This document shows positions 63,739-64,000 of a stretch of 64,000 nt of DNA, one piece after another. Numbering within the stretch: position 1 is the stretch's first letter; each line of letters begins with the position of its first letter. Location: positions 2,976,001-3,040,000 of the forward strand of contig CBDDDZ010000005.1 in assembly GCA_965226795.1 (NCBI GenBank), read 5' to 3'. A program made the translations under genes and the position numbers. The notes below the pieces were generated by a model that did not search any database, had not been told where the DNA came from, and saw only the letters and a list, made by a program, of their open reading frames with translations. Source of the stretch: Candidatus Latescibacterota bacterium. Its GTDB lineage: Bacteria > Latescibacterota > UBA2968 > GCA-2709665.

Positions 63739-64000
63739 CCTGAAAAATTCACAAAAAAGGTAGTTTCCTTACCCAAGTCATTGTATTATATTGTGGTTAC
63801 GCAAATAACCATAACACAATGAAACAGGAGGAAACTACCGTGGGAGTTCAAGATACACATCACAGGGTGTCTTTCGCAAGTCTTTCTGGTAAGCCGGTAG
63901 AAGCCACCTTCGACGGAGGCATCCTGACCAGCGACAGCGGGGTGATGCTGCTTCGTGAGGTGGAGGCCAGAACCGGGATTTTGCATAGGATGGTTGCGGC
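63739..64000 (+). mobile_element. IS1380-family element: left end and transposase N-terminus (partial)
   Basis: Terminus CCTGAAAAATTCA; AGGAGG RBS, ORF from 63819/63840 with FDGGILTSDSGVMLLREVE. Confidence 0.8.

Overview
GC-rich bacterial chromosome segment with three zones. (1) 1-40 kb is mostly housekeeping and catabolic: a giant cadherin/Ig-repeat surface protein (frameshifted by a 32-bp insertion), a hybrid sensor kinase, tRNA-Ser(GCT), gltX, tRNA-Gln(CTG), an adenosine deaminase-like gene, prs, glnS, a sulfatase/oxidoreductase/amidase cluster, ubiA-ubiX, an MNT-HEPN pair, and a CxxU Rdx/SelW selenoprotein whose N-terminus the ORF track misses. (2) 40.7-46.4 kb is a decayed patch of TA, RAYT and ABC remnants. 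(3) 46.5-64 kb is an unusual CRISPR region: a 76-repeat array with no leader, a 20-repeat array with a type I-C-like leader, and an apparent cas2 3' end cut off by an IS1380-family element. No complete cas gene lies in the window. The most unusual signal is eight co-oriented solitary variants of the array-1 repeat that bound gene-sized cassettes, all coded on the predicted crRNA strand. Cassettes include three copies of a ~55-aa GWHPDGTPF protein, a 29-aa membrane peptide, a 1.4-kb fragment that begins mid-gene exactly at a repeat, and nuclease/nucleotide-modification genes. All protein family calls come from motif recognition by eye, not database searches; repeat counts and coordinates were made by hand.
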